The notes beneath the pieces were generated by a model, which saw only the letters and a program-made list of their open reading frames with translations, ran no database searches and had not been told where the DNA came from. A DNA stretch of 64,000 nucleotides from the NCBI GenBank assembly GCA_035458505.1, contig DATHZS010000073.1, positions 31,165 through 95,164 on the forward strand. Direction: 5' to 3'. The position numbers and the translations under genes are program-made. The stretch comes from Anaerolineales bacterium (GTDB taxonomy: Bacteria; Chloroflexota; Anaerolineae; Anaerolineales; UBA11579). This document shows, piece after piece, positions 1 to 9,394 of this stretch (positions are counted from its first letter, which is position 1; each line of letters begins with the position of its first letter).

Positions 1-104
1 AGAACCTCAAAATCCTCAAGTGTCTGGGCAGCAATGGACTGCAAGGTCTGCTCCAGAGTTTGCTCCCGGTTGAAACACGGCATTAAAACAGATATCTTTG
101 GCAT
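1..104 (-). CDS. Glycosyltransferase family 2, N-terminal fragment (gene continues beyond window start)
   Basis: Reverse-strand ATG at 104 translates to MPKISVLMPCFNREQTLEQTLQSIAAQTLEDFEVL, the typical GT2 N-terminus (V.MP.(F/Y)N......L.S...QT..DFE). It is too short to appear in the ORF track. Confidence 0.55.
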   Translation of the reverse strand, partial: MPKISVLMPCFNREQTLEQTLQSIAAQTLEDFEV

Positions 105-268
105 GGCTCTATTGTACAAGAGAATAGGAACCTATGTGCATCAAAGGGCACAGAACTGCCCCAGAGCCATTGGGCTTGTTTTTTGCCGGCAAAAATATTT
201 GTTGTTACAATTAGGAAAGAAATACCCTGGTGAATAGCTATCACCAGGGTTTGGATGAAAGGAATAAC

Positions 269-1102
269 ATGAACGGAATTGCTGATAATCTCTTGAATAT
301 TTTGACAACATGGTGGGAGAGCTTCATGGAAAACCTGCCAAGCCTGGTTGCCGGGCTGCTGATCTTTTTGGTCAGCCTGTACCTGGCTCACCTGCTGGCG
401 AAAACTACCAAACGGGTCATGAGGAGGCGCGAAGATGACCAAGAGCTCGCTATCCTGATTCCCCGATTGGTCCGCTGGACCGTGATCGGCCTGGGGATTG
501 TGCTGGCCCTGGAACAGACCGGGCAGGATGTGACCGCCCTGCTGACAGGCCTGGGAATCCTGGGGTTTACAGTAGGTTTTGCCTTGCAAGATATCAGTGC
601 CAACCTGGTCTCCGGCATCCTGCTGCTGTTTGAGCAGCCCTTTGAAATTGAGGATGCAATCGAAGTAGCCGGTTACTCCGGGACTGTCAAACAAATCAAT
701 CTAAGAGCTACCGAACTGCTCACCTGGGATGGATTGAAGGTCCTGATCCCTAACCGGGATGTGTTTACCAATACGGTGACCAATTTCACCCAGATTTCCC
801 AACGGAGGATTGGGCTAAGTGTGGGAGTTGGCTATGAAAGCGATCTGAAGGAAGTTGAAAATGTCGCCCTTGAGGCAATCCGCGCTTTGCCCACCATAAA
901 AGATGATCCAGCGCCATCGTTTATGGTGAACCGGTTTGGCGACTCGGCGGTCTACGCCACGATTTATTACTGGTACGACACAAAAGATCTGACCCTGCCG
1001 GATATGACCAACTTGGGAGCCATCGCACTCAAAAGAGCTTTCAGCGAAGCTGGAATCAACATCCCTTATCCCATCCAGGTGGTGCAGTTGCAGCAGAACT
1101 GA
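269..1102 (+). CDS. Mechanosensitive ion channel, MscS family
   Basis: N-terminal TM helices are followed by an MscS beta-domain signature (LLLFEQPFEIEDAIEVAGYSGTVKQINLRATELLTWDGLKVLIPN). I moved the start to ATG 269, which has AAGGA 7 nt upstream, instead of the track GTG at 230. Confidence 0.8.
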   Translation: MNGIADNLLNILTTWWESFMENLPSLVAGLLIFLVSLYLAHLLAKTTKRVMRRREDDQELAILIPRLVRWTVIGLGIVLALEQTGQDVTALLTGLGILGFTVGFALQDISANLVSGILLLFEQPFEIEDAIEVAGYSGTVKQINLRATELLTWDGLKVLIPNRDVFTNTVTNFTQISQRRIGLSVGVGYESDLKEVENVALEAIRALPTIKDDPAPSFMVNRFGDSAVYATIYYWYDTKDLTLPDMTNLGAIALKRAFSEAGINIPYPIQVVQLQQN

Positions 1103-1128
1103 AATCTTCTGAATAAACTTAATACAAC

Positions 1129-1162
1129 ACACAGGGTTGACATTCAAATGTCAACCCTGTGT
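1129..1162. terminator. Hairpin between convergent genes (possible bidirectional terminator)
   Basis: Perfect 15-bp stem ACACAGGGTTGACAT / ATGTCAACCCTGTGT with loop TCAA. It sits between the MscS stop (1102) and the stop of the minus-strand gene (1187). The U-tract is weak. Confidence 0.45.
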
Positions 1163-1186
1163 TCATTTCACGATCAAGATGCAACA

Positions 1187-2077
1187 TCAATCCCTGACCA
1201 GCATATATTTGGCGTACCTTCCATGCAACCGTCCCGTCCACTTCGCAACGTGCATGAAAGCTGTCAGCCCCAATATACCCATCAAGACCGCCAGCGGATA
1301 GTAGGAAGACGGAATAGAATAGTACCCTGTATTGAAATGAATAAACGACACCCCAAAGATTTCCTGAGCAAATGGCGCTGCAATCAGGCTGAGTGAAAAT
1401 GCCACCATGACCGTCCAGATCACAATATACAGCACCCCAAAGGGAAGCTGAACAATCATGTACAGCATAGTCAGCCAAGTCCTTTTATCGGTCAGGTACA
1501 TTTTCAGGCGGTCGAACCACTTCTCTTCGGTCGGGAAGAATATCGGGCGGCGTGGCATCCGAACCCCTAACAAGCCTTCAACCAGACGGCCTTCCAACCA
1601 GCCTAAACCCTGTAATGAAAGGATGAACAAGACCGCCAACGGAACCCCAAACAGGAACAGAGACAACGAAATTGACAGAGCAACACCGGTGGAAACCCAG
1701 GTGAAATACAGCACGCCTGTTATCAGTGCAATCACCATGTACAGGAAGCTGCCCCATGCGGCCGGGTCAATAAATATTCCAAAAAAACGCGCCAGAGGAC
1801 CGCGAGTATCCTGTTTTGGGGCATGGGTAAGATAGGGTTTAAGATAGTTCTCTGCCTGCTTGTATTCAGCGCTAATTTCCTCAGGGGTGCCATACTCTGC
1901 GATGACCGTTGCGACAGCCTGGTCTTCCGTCAGAGAAGGATCTTCTTTCAGCATGTTTTCGAGGGCAGTACATAAATGTTCGTAAGCATCTGCTGTGGCA
2001 TCTTGAATGGTCGCCTTATCACAATCTGCCATCTGGGTTTTTAATTGTTGTAAATAGTTTTCAATTTGTTTATTCAT
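1187..2077 (-). CDS. PadR-associated membrane protein (soluble helical N-terminus, polytopic C-terminus)
   Basis: The N-terminus MNKQIENYLQQLKTQM...EYGTPEEISAEY resembles DUF1700/HAAS-type partners of PadR regulators. Several hydrophobic helices follow. The start overlaps the PadR stop by 8 nt. Confidence 0.55.
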   Translation of the reverse strand: MNKQIENYLQQLKTQMADCDKATIQDATADAYEHLCTALENMLKEDPSLTEDQAVATVIAEYGTPEEISAEYKQAENYLKPYLTHAPKQDTRGPLARFFGIFIDPAAWGSFLYMVIALITGVLYFTWVSTGVALSISLSLFLFGVPLAVLFILSLQGLGWLEGRLVEGLLGVRMPRRPIFFPTEEKWFDRLKMYLTDKRTWLTMLYMIVQLPFGVLYIVIWTVMVAFSLSLIAAPFAQEIFGVSFIHFNTGYYSIPSSYYPLAVLMGILGLTAFMHVAKWTGRLHGRYAKYMLVRD

Positions 2078-2441
2078 CGCCTAAATTCCCTTCTAAAATT
2101 TGATCAACAAATGTCTTAATCTCTTTCCAAGACTCAGTCCAGAGCTTCAAAGATTGCTGACCTTGATCGGTAATGGCATAGTATCTGCGAGGAGGACCAG
2201 AAACAGACGGTTCCACCTCGCTTTTGAGAAGCTCATACTTTTCCAGTGAGCGCAGCACCGGGTAGAGGGCGCCTGGCTTCATCAGGGGAGCTTGGTCATC
2301 GTTCAAACCTAAAACTTTTGAAATCTGATACCCATACATCGGTTTGACCGAACGATCCAGGACACTCAACAAGATCAGCGAGGCAATTCCAGAAGTAATC
2401 TCTTTTTGGAATTTTCTGGTAGCGGTTAGAGACTCAACCAT
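2070..2441 (-). CDS. PadR family transcriptional regulator
   Basis: Winged-helix PadR signature (YGYQISKVL...GALYPVLRSLEKYELLKSEVEPS...RRYYAITDQG). The start is set at ATG 2441, which has GGAG 6 nt upstream, rather than the longer track ORF. Confidence 0.8.
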   Translation of the reverse strand: MVESLTATRKFQKEITSGIASLILLSVLDRSVKPMYGYQISKVLGLNDDQAPLMKPGALYPVLRSLEKYELLKSEVEPSVSGPPRRYYAITDQGQQSLKLWTESWKEIKTFVDQILEGNLGDE

Positions 2442-2549
2442 GTTCAACTCCTTTCTTCCAAACTGGTAATACGTACTTTGTCTTACTATCAATTTGATAC
2501 TATTACTAAGTAAATAGTAGTCGATATTGAAGCCGGAGTCAATAGGTTT

Positions 2550-2580
2550 AAATTAAAACCGGATGAGAAAACTCATCCGG
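2550..2580 (-). terminator. Rho-independent terminator downstream of the 2611..3147 gene
   Basis: On the minus strand the sequence reads CCGGATGAG-TTTT-CTCATCCGG followed by TTTTAATTT. Confidence 0.6.
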
Positions 2581-2610
2581 CAGAACCACTGCGAGCGTCA
2601 GCGTGCTGAT

Positions 2611-3147
2611 CTAATCAGAATCCCTGGTCAGTTGTTTTCCGGTCCATTCTTCAATGAAGATGCGGTAGACTGCCGTGCGTTTCAATTCATCCGGCTCTGG
2701 GAGAGGATAGTCCTCGCCAGGAATTTGATCCGGAAAATATTTCTGCATCAGGCCCAGCAAGACAGACATGATCTTTTCATCATCCGCCAGAGGCGCAGCA
2801 GTACCAAAGATTGTCACCGATTGATATTCCACCCCAAAATCGGAGATGCGCTCCCCGGGGAACAGGTCTCCCATCTCGCTGACATTGAAGCATACCTTGG
2901 GGTTGAGGGCGATATTGGCCCGCGTCCGGCCAACGCGGGCCCCATGAAAGTAGAGGGCGTGGTCGTCTTCAATATAGAGGTAATTGATGGGGGTGGCAAA
3001 AGGCTGATCCTGGTGCACGGTGGAGAGCACCCCAAACCCGGCACGGGCGAGCAATTTTTTCAAGGTTTCAGGATCAGTAATGGCATACTCGGTACGGCGG
3101 ATGGCTGCTCTCGGTTTATTTGCATATTTTTTTACATTATTTTCCAT
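2611..3147 (-). CDS. Pyridoxamine 5'-phosphate oxidase family (FMN-binding split-barrel) protein
   Basis: About 178 aa. The pattern RRTEYAITDPETLKKLL..AGFGVLSTV..DQPFATPINYLY....ALYFHGA..G is typical of Pyridox_ox_2/NimA-like proteins. Confidence 0.6.
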   Translation of the reverse strand: MENNVKKYANKPRAAIRRTEYAITDPETLKKLLARAGFGVLSTVHQDQPFATPINYLYIEDDHALYFHGARVGRTRANIALNPKVCFNVSEMGDLFPGERISDFGVEYQSVTIFGTAAPLADDEKIMSVLLGLMQKYFPDQIPGEDYPLPEPDELKRTAVYRIFIEEWTGKQLTRDSD

Positions 3148-3168
3148 AATTGCAATTTTTTTATCCTT

Positions 3169-4053
3169 TTATTTATCAAGCAGGCGCCCGCGTGTGACCA
3201 GCCAGACCAGCACTGCCCCCACACCCAGCGCAGGTAACAGCACCAACCCGGCTTCAGGCCCAAACGCCCCACCTGTATACAGAACCGGACCCTCCACCTG
3301 CACCACGATCAGCCCAGGATTGCTCAGGCCGCTGACGGGAAAACCGAATACGGTTCCCAGAAACAGGTTCCAGCCAATGTGCAGGCCAATCGACAGCCAC
3401 AACTGCCGGGTGCGCAAGACGGCATAGGCCATAAACACGCCAGACAAGGTGATCCCGGCAGCGGAATACCAGCTGGCATTGGGGTTAAACAGATGGATCA
3501 CGCCAAAAAACATCGACGACAGCAAAACCGCCCAAAAGGTGTTCGTGCCATCTTCTAAATTTTTCAGGTGGTACCCGCGGCTGAAAAGCTCCTCATAGAA
3601 GCCGACTGCCAGGTAGATGAGCAGCCAGAGGATGAAATTCCGGACAACGCCTAGAGGAGCCTGCTGCTGCCAGGCAAATCCAGCCACTTGCGCCCAGCCA
3701 AAGGCAAGCTGAAGCACAAACACGAACCCCGTTTGGAAGGCTGCAATTCCGATCCCAACCAGCACATCCCGCCCTGCCTGGCGGCCCAGCCGCAGCCCCA
3801 GGCTCTCTACGCTACGCTTATCGAAGAGCCTGCGGGCAATAAATACAGATACCACAATGGGAAACCCATTGGACAGGATCAGGGCAACCCCGGTCAGGTT
3901 CGGCCACAGATCCATCACAGCCAAAGCCGGTAAGGCAAAAACAATCGTGATCAAGATCAGCAGCAGGAATTGAGCCAACAATCGCCAGCCCGAGCGCAGA
4001 CGCGCCTCCTCCGGATTGATCAGTAACCGTCGAAGCAGTTCTCCAAACTTCAT
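3169..4053 (-). CDS. CPBP family intramembrane glutamic endopeptidase (CAAX protease-like)
   Basis: All three CPBP motifs are present: YEELFSRGY (EExxxR), FFGVIHLFN (FxxxH) and HIGWNLF (HxxxN). The protein is polytopic. Confidence 0.8.
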   Translation of the reverse strand: MKFGELLRRLLINPEEARLRSGWRLLAQFLLLILITIVFALPALAVMDLWPNLTGVALILSNGFPIVVSVFIARRLFDKRSVESLGLRLGRQAGRDVLVGIGIAAFQTGFVFVLQLAFGWAQVAGFAWQQQAPLGVVRNFILWLLIYLAVGFYEELFSRGYHLKNLEDGTNTFWAVLLSSMFFGVIHLFNPNASWYSAAGITLSGVFMAYAVLRTRQLWLSIGLHIGWNLFLGTVFGFPVSGLSNPGLIVVQVEGPVLYTGGAFGPEAGLVLLPALGVGAVLVWLVTRGRLLDK

Positions 4054-4310
4054 GATTTTTTCTGATCCTTTTTCTCTTTTTTGTCCTTATCCTGCCCCCC
4101 CATGAACTTTTTAACCATGCGGAAACGTTGAGAAGGCTCTGGAGGTGTGCGACCTTTCCAGGCCAACCGCACCCCAAATGCGAAGAAAATTAGCCCAAAT
4201 AACAAAAACCAGCCGTTGACCTGGTCCAAATAATCGGAGATAAAGAACAATACCAGGAGAACGGAGCCAATCAGGATAAACAAGTTACCAAATCGTTTTT
4301 TCAGATTCAT
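4050..4310 (-). CDS. Small membrane protein with lysine-rich C-terminal tail
   Basis: Two hydrophobic helices are followed by GGQDKDKKEKKDQKKS. It overlaps the CPBP start by 4 nt (translational coupling). No family recognised. Confidence 0.45.
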   Translation of the reverse strand: MNLKKRFGNLFILIGSVLLVLFFISDYLDQVNGWFLLFGLIFFAFGVRLAWKGRTPPEPSQRFRMVKKFMGGQDKDKKEKKDQKKS

Positions 4311-4317
4311 AAGAAAT

Positions 4318-4344
4318 AAGCCTGCACCGGTTTGGCGCAGGCTT
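4318..4344 (-). terminator. Hairpin downstream of the aldehyde dehydrogenase gene
   Basis: 8-bp stem AAGCCTGC / GCAGGCTT. On the minus strand it is followed by ATTTCTT. The U-tract is weak, and the hairpin lies just upstream of the next start codon. Confidence 0.35.
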
Positions 4345-4373
4345 GCTTACCTCCAGAAACTGTTCGCAGGTAC

Positions 4374-5951
4374 TTAGCGGATGGTTGTATTGATCTGTTC
4401 GTGCATATACGAGAACAGATAATAATGGCCGCCCGCATTTTTTCCAGTCGAGCCAGACCCTTTCCACCCACCAAATGGCTGGAACCCAGGCCAGGCTCCG
4501 GTTGTTGCGCCGTGCGGGCGGTTGGCATACACCACGCCCGCTTCGATATTTTCAAAGAACCAGGATGTCTCTTCTGGTGTGCCGTAAAAGCCTGCCGTCA
4601 GACCGTAATCGACATCGTTGGCAATGTCCATGGCTTGATCGAGGCTGCTGACCTTGTGCACCATCGTGATCGGCAGGAACATCTCTTGTTTCCACAGGCG
4701 ATGTGTGAGCGGTACATCCAGCGCAATCGTCGGCTCACAATAATACCCTCGCCCGAACATGCCCTCAGTCCGAACTTTGCCGCCGGTTAGAATTGTACCA
4801 GCCTGGGAAAGTTCTTCGGTAAAACTTTTGTAATCATTATACGCGCTTTGGTTCGCAACCGGGCCAAGAAATGTTTCTTTTAAGGTTGGATCACCCATGA
4901 CCGCATCCTCGGTCAACTTTTTCAGGCGCTGTACCAGATCATCATACACGGGTTCCTCGACCAAAATACGGGAAGCCGCGGAGCATTTTTGTCCCTGCAG
5001 ACCGAAAGCCGAGCGGAAGACGCCCTGGGCGGCGCGCTCCAGATCTGCATTCCGGCTGACAATGGCCGGATTTTTGCCTCCCATTTCAAGGATCGTCGGC
5101 CGCGGGTACGGGCCGGTAGCAAAATCGCGGAAAATCTTCATCCCGACATCGTAGGAGCCGGTGAAAGTAATCCCATCCACCTCCGGGCTGTCCACCAATG
5201 CCTGACCTAAGGTGCGTCCGGGGCCAGTGACATAATTAACCACTCCAGGCGGGAAGCCTGCTTCATCAAAACATTCTGCAATCAGGCGGGATGTCCAGGG
5301 AGTATCTGTTGCAGGCTTGATCACCACCGTGTTGCCGGTGACCAGCGCCGCACCGACCGGACCCGCAGTGAGTGCTCCGGGAAAATTAAAGGGGCTGATT
5401 ACCAACCAGACGCCGTATGGTTTCAGCGTGGAATAATTCTGTGCCACATAACCTTCCAACGGGTCATCCCCCATCTTGACAACAAATCCCTGGTTAGCTT
5501 CCATCTGGTCAGCGGCATAGCGCATCAAATCGGCAGATTCAGCGGCGTCGGCCAGCGCTTCCATCCGGTTTTTGCCGACTTCAAGGGACAGCACCGCGGC
5601 GAATTCGTAGATCCTGGCATCGATCCGCTCGGCTGCTTTGCGCAGCAGGGCCACCCGCACTTGCCAGTCTGTTCTGGCCCAACCCCTTGCCGCCTTCCGG
5701 GCAGCTTTCAAGGCCATTTCCGCATGAGAGGCATCGCCCTTCTGGAAGACTCCCAAAAGCATGGTGGTATCTACCGGGGAGCGATCTTCGAATTTTTCTT
5801 CGGCAAAGACATCCTGGCCATCAATATACATCGGGAATTCCCGTCCCAAATTTGTCCGGATCTTTTCGACCGCAGCTTCAAAATTGGTATGCAATTCTTC
5901 CGGGGGATTATACATGGTGGCATAGGTCAGCCTGAATTTTTGTTCACCCAT
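4374..5951 (-). CDS. L-glutamate gamma-semialdehyde (1-pyrroline-5-carboxylate) dehydrogenase, aldehyde dehydrogenase superfamily
   Basis: 525 aa. ALDH motifs are present: FTGS, LEMGGKNP and the catalytic GQKCSAASR. The N-terminus (FRLTYATMYNPPEELH) resembles RocA/PruA-type P5CDH. Confidence 0.7.
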   Translation of the reverse strand: MGEQKFRLTYATMYNPPEELHTNFEAAVEKIRTNLGREFPMYIDGQDVFAEEKFEDRSPVDTTMLLGVFQKGDASHAEMALKAARKAARGWARTDWQVRVALLRKAAERIDARIYEFAAVLSLEVGKNRMEALADAAESADLMRYAADQMEANQGFVVKMGDDPLEGYVAQNYSTLKPYGVWLVISPFNFPGALTAGPVGAALVTGNTVVIKPATDTPWTSRLIAECFDEAGFPPGVVNYVTGPGRTLGQALVDSPEVDGITFTGSYDVGMKIFRDFATGPYPRPTILEMGGKNPAIVSRNADLERAAQGVFRSAFGLQGQKCSAASRILVEEPVYDDLVQRLKKLTEDAVMGDPTLKETFLGPVANQSAYNDYKSFTEELSQAGTILTGGKVRTEGMFGRGYYCEPTIALDVPLTHRLWKQEMFLPITMVHKVSSLDQAMDIANDVDYGLTAGFYGTPEETSWFFENIEAGVVYANRPHGATTGAWPGFQPFGGWKGSGSTGKNAGGHYYLFSYMHEQINTTIR

Positions 5952-6271
5952 TCAATAGTCTCCTTATTCAGTTTCCATATTTTAAATTCAATCTGGTTGG
6001 CACCCTGACAAGCACTATCCCTGGATCATTATTCGGGAGCAGGTTGTCCATCCACTCGATAGACGTAATGACCAAGGTGAAGTTTACCCAACCTGACCAA
6101 ATTACGTTCTAATTTTACCAAAAATATCCATTTTTGATGTTATACCACCCTCTCTCCCAAAGATCACCCTTTTCTAAGACCCCAAAGCCGGCCCCCATTC
6201 TGCACAAATATCAAAGCCAATTCATCTGCATATATTTGACTTCTCTCAAGCTAGGGAGTAGACTCCTCTTT

Positions 6272-7549
6272 ATGTCTTGGCAGAGAAAGTTCAAATATTT
6301 GGTGCAAACCATTTTTTATTTCCTGGTGTTCATGTACACCCTGGGCCCATCCACCATCGCGGTCATCGACTCCAAGGCGAGAGTGCGCGCCTTTACCCGG
6401 CCAATAGAATTCGACTTTGTTGAATGGACGATGGATGCCCTGGAGGTAAAACTGGAACGCCTGCCACTCAACACGATCGACTATCTCGACCGGGAAGGCC
6501 AACGTCAAATCGTTTTCGATTACATCAACCTGATCGGCGAGATCCAGCAGGCAGAGGGTGAACTCAACCTGATCTACACCAATCCTGAGATTGACAATCC
6601 GGAGTCCCAGGCCAAACCCATCCGGGAAAACCTGGACTCGCTTTACAACCTCCGTGCAGACCTTGCGCCACTGGCCGAGAACGTGCTGCAAGAGATGCTC
6701 AGTACGATTGTCGCTGAAATGGGCTTCACACCACTGGGACAGCCAATTCCCCCGGTCATGTATCACAGCACACCGCTCCCATGGGCGTTGATCGTTTCTC
6801 CCCGTGAAAGGATTGAACAGGAAGCCAATATCTCTCTCGAAACAACCCTAACGCTGGAAGACCATATCCTGCTGGAAAACGAGATCGCCGAGACCCTGGA
6901 TGTATCCACGCTGGTGGTCCCGATAGGCGGTGTAGGCACGTATCCGACGATGGTCGCCCAAACCACCAACCTGAACTGGCTGGCGACTGTCATCGCACAT
7001 GAATGGATCCACAACTACCTGACTCTGCGGCCATTGGGGATACGTTATGAACAGACTCCCGAACTGCGCACGATGAACGAAACCACGGCCAAGCTTGCTG
7101 GAAATGAAATCGGTGCGGCGCTGATTGCTGAGTTTTTCCCTGAACGGGTTCCTCCACCACCACCGCCCCCGGAGCCACCAGACCCACAACCCACCCCCGA
7201 ACCAGAGAGATTCGATTTCCGGGCAGAGATGTACGAAACCCGCATTCAGGCAGATGCGCTGCTTGCCGAGGGCAGGGTTGAAGATGCAGAAAACTATATG
7301 GAGCAGCGCCGGCTAATCTTTTGGGAAAATGGATACCGCATCCGCAAGCTTAACCAGGCCTATTTTGCCTTTTACGGCGCTTACGCCGACCAACCCGTCA
7401 GCTCCGCCGGAGAAGACCCGGTCGGGGCCGCAGTGCGCCAGCTCCGAGCAGAAGCAGGTTCGCTGATCGAATTTGTGGACACCATTTCAAAGTTTAAATC
7501 TTTCGAAGAGCTGCAGAACCTGCTGCAAGCTGAGAGTCCCCCGGGATAA
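6272..7549 (+). CDS. Membrane-anchored hypothetical protein with HExxH motif and proline-rich linker
   Basis: The start is moved to ATG 6272 (MSWQRKFKYLVQTIFYFLVFMY, an N-terminal TM helix). It carries VIAHEWIHNYL (HExxH) and a PPPPPPPEPPDPQPTPEPE tract. No family recognised. Confidence 0.5.
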   Translation: MSWQRKFKYLVQTIFYFLVFMYTLGPSTIAVIDSKARVRAFTRPIEFDFVEWTMDALEVKLERLPLNTIDYLDREGQRQIVFDYINLIGEIQQAEGELNLIYTNPEIDNPESQAKPIRENLDSLYNLRADLAPLAENVLQEMLSTIVAEMGFTPLGQPIPPVMYHSTPLPWALIVSPRERIEQEANISLETTLTLEDHILLENEIAETLDVSTLVVPIGGVGTYPTMVAQTTNLNWLATVIAHEWIHNYLTLRPLGIRYEQTPELRTMNETTAKLAGNEIGAALIAEFFPERVPPPPPPPEPPDPQPTPEPERFDFRAEMYETRIQADALLAEGRVEDAENYMEQRRLIFWENGYRIRKLNQAYFAFYGAYADQPVSSAGEDPVGAAVRQLRAEAGSLIEFVDTISKFKSFEELQNLLQAESPPG

Positions 7550-7633
7550 AATGCTGGTAGAATTATTCACTATGCACTATTTCAAAACAAACTCCAGGCA
7601 GAGATATCTTTGCCTGACACATCAGGTGATGAT

Positions 7634-9394
7634 ATGAAAAAATTCCTTTTACTCATTTCCCTGTTGCTTGGCTTGATCGTTTTATCCGCATGCCAAAGCA
7701 GCGAAGAACCGACAAACGCAACCTCGAATACCGCACAGCCAACGACCACAGCAAGCGATCCGAGCATCTCTGACATGTGCACGGTACAGAGCGAATCCGC
7801 GGATGAGCTGTCCCAACCCGGGGACCACATCACCGGGGCACTGGAAAATTATTCAATCACAATTGTGAGCTACAATGACTTCACCTGCCAGGGCTGTGCT
7901 GCGATTGCCTCAGCCTTGGCGCAAGCCGTCGAACTGTACCCCGACGACATCCGATTAATTTACCGCTACTTTACCTCGCCCGCAAAGAACCCGCTTGTGG
8001 CAGCCCGGGCAGCTGAAGCCGCGGGAAACCAGGGCAAGTTCATTGAAATGTACGAGTATTTCTACACATCCAGCCAACCCTGGGTAGACCTGGGCGAGGA
8101 AGGTTTCAATGAGTTTATCTGGACCCAGGTAACTGCCCTGGAGTTAAATCCAGACCAATTCTTTGAGGAGATCAGCAGCGAAGAAATCTCCAACCAGATT
8201 TTGGAAAGGTACAATGACGCGTACCTCTACCTGGAACTGCTGCAAGGCAATCCCCGGGGTCTCCAGATCGCTGCTGCCGCTGAGGCCGCAGGACGGCAAA
8301 ACCAGTTCTGGGCAATGTACCAGCAACTGCTTTCCTCGCAAGACACCTGGCAAGAACTGGATACCACAAGCATGGACCAGTATCTGAAAGAGCTAGCGGG
8401 CACCCTGGGACTTGAAGCCGAAACATACCAACAGGATTTCGAGCTCCTGCTCATCTCCAATATTGAAGAAAGTCCCTACAGCAGAGCGCTTAATTACTTC
8501 AGCCTGTTTTACCGCACTCCGATCGCGGTTGCAGCGGCAAAAACTGCCGAAGCCGCCGGAAATCAGGGTAAGTTTTGGGAAATGCATGACCTGCTGTTTA
8601 TAAACCAGGAACTTTTAACCACCCTGAATGAATCATCTTTTCTCGACCTGATTTCAGAACAATTTGAGGCCATGGAGATTGATGCAGACCTATTCATGGA
8701 TGATTACTACAGCCAGGAAACAGAAGCTGTGATTATTGAGGATTATCTGCAGGCGCGGGACGCCAGCACAACTGCCCCCCTGGTCCTGGTGAACGGCTCA
8801 CCAACCCCGCCCTACCTTACTACAGTCGGTGATTTCCTGCTATGGCTTGACAACTTCATGGTCCCTTATGGACAGCACATCCGTGATAACCAATTCTTCG
8901 AATGCCCACCGATGACGATTGACACAGACGCTCAGTATACGGCCACGCTCCATACCGAAAAGGGCGACATCCTGCTGGCCCTCTACCCGGAAGCCGCGCC
9001 GTATGCCGTAAACAATTTTATCTTCCTTGCCGAAAATGATTATTATGATAACACTCCTTTCTACGCCGTGATCGAAGGTTTTATTGTCCAGGCTGGCGAT
9101 CCTTCCGGCACCGGTTGGGGCACCCCGGGATTCCTCTATGATCTCGAGATTTCTGAACTAAACTTCGACCGGCCCTACATGGTTGCCATGGCGAACTCAG
9201 GCCCGGGCTCAAACAGCAGCCAATTCTTTATCACGTTCAGCCCGCTAAGCTATCTGAATGGACAACACACCATTTTTGGCGAAGTGATTGAGGGAGTAGA
9301 TGTGCTCAAGATGCTCACCATCCGAGACCCCGAGAAAGACCCCTTTGCTCCCATGGAAGACCACATCCTGGACATTACAATAGATAAGAAATGA
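7634..9394 (+). CDS. Lipoprotein: DsbA-like thioredoxin module(s) fused to cyclophilin-type peptidyl-prolyl isomerase
   Basis: Lipoprotein signal MKKFLLLISLLLGLIVLSAC. One CxxC motif (FTCQGC). The DsbA-like helix motif AAEAAGNQGKF.EM occurs three times. The C-terminus is cyclophilin-like (FYAVIEGFIVQAGDPSGTG...MANSGPGSNSSQFFITF...LNGQHTIFGEV). AGGTGA lies upstream of ATG 7634. Confidence 0.75.
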   Translation: MKKFLLLISLLLGLIVLSACQSSEEPTNATSNTAQPTTTASDPSISDMCTVQSESADELSQPGDHITGALENYSITIVSYNDFTCQGCAAIASALAQAVELYPDDIRLIYRYFTSPAKNPLVAARAAEAAGNQGKFIEMYEYFYTSSQPWVDLGEEGFNEFIWTQVTALELNPDQFFEEISSEEISNQILERYNDAYLYLELLQGNPRGLQIAAAAEAAGRQNQFWAMYQQLLSSQDTWQELDTTSMDQYLKELAGTLGLEAETYQQDFELLLISNIEESPYSRALNYFSLFYRTPIAVAAAKTAEAAGNQGKFWEMHDLLFINQELLTTLNESSFLDLISEQFEAMEIDADLFMDDYYSQETEAVIIEDYLQARDASTTAPLVLVNGSPTPPYLTTVGDFLLWLDNFMVPYGQHIRDNQFFECPPMTIDTDAQYTATLHTEKGDILLALYPEAAPYAVNNFIFLAENDYYDNTPFYAVIEGFIVQAGDPSGTGWGTPGFLYDLEISELNFDRPYMVAMANSGPGSNSSQFFITFSPLSYLNGQHTIFGEVIEGVDVLKMLTIRDPEKDPFAPMEDHILDITIDKK

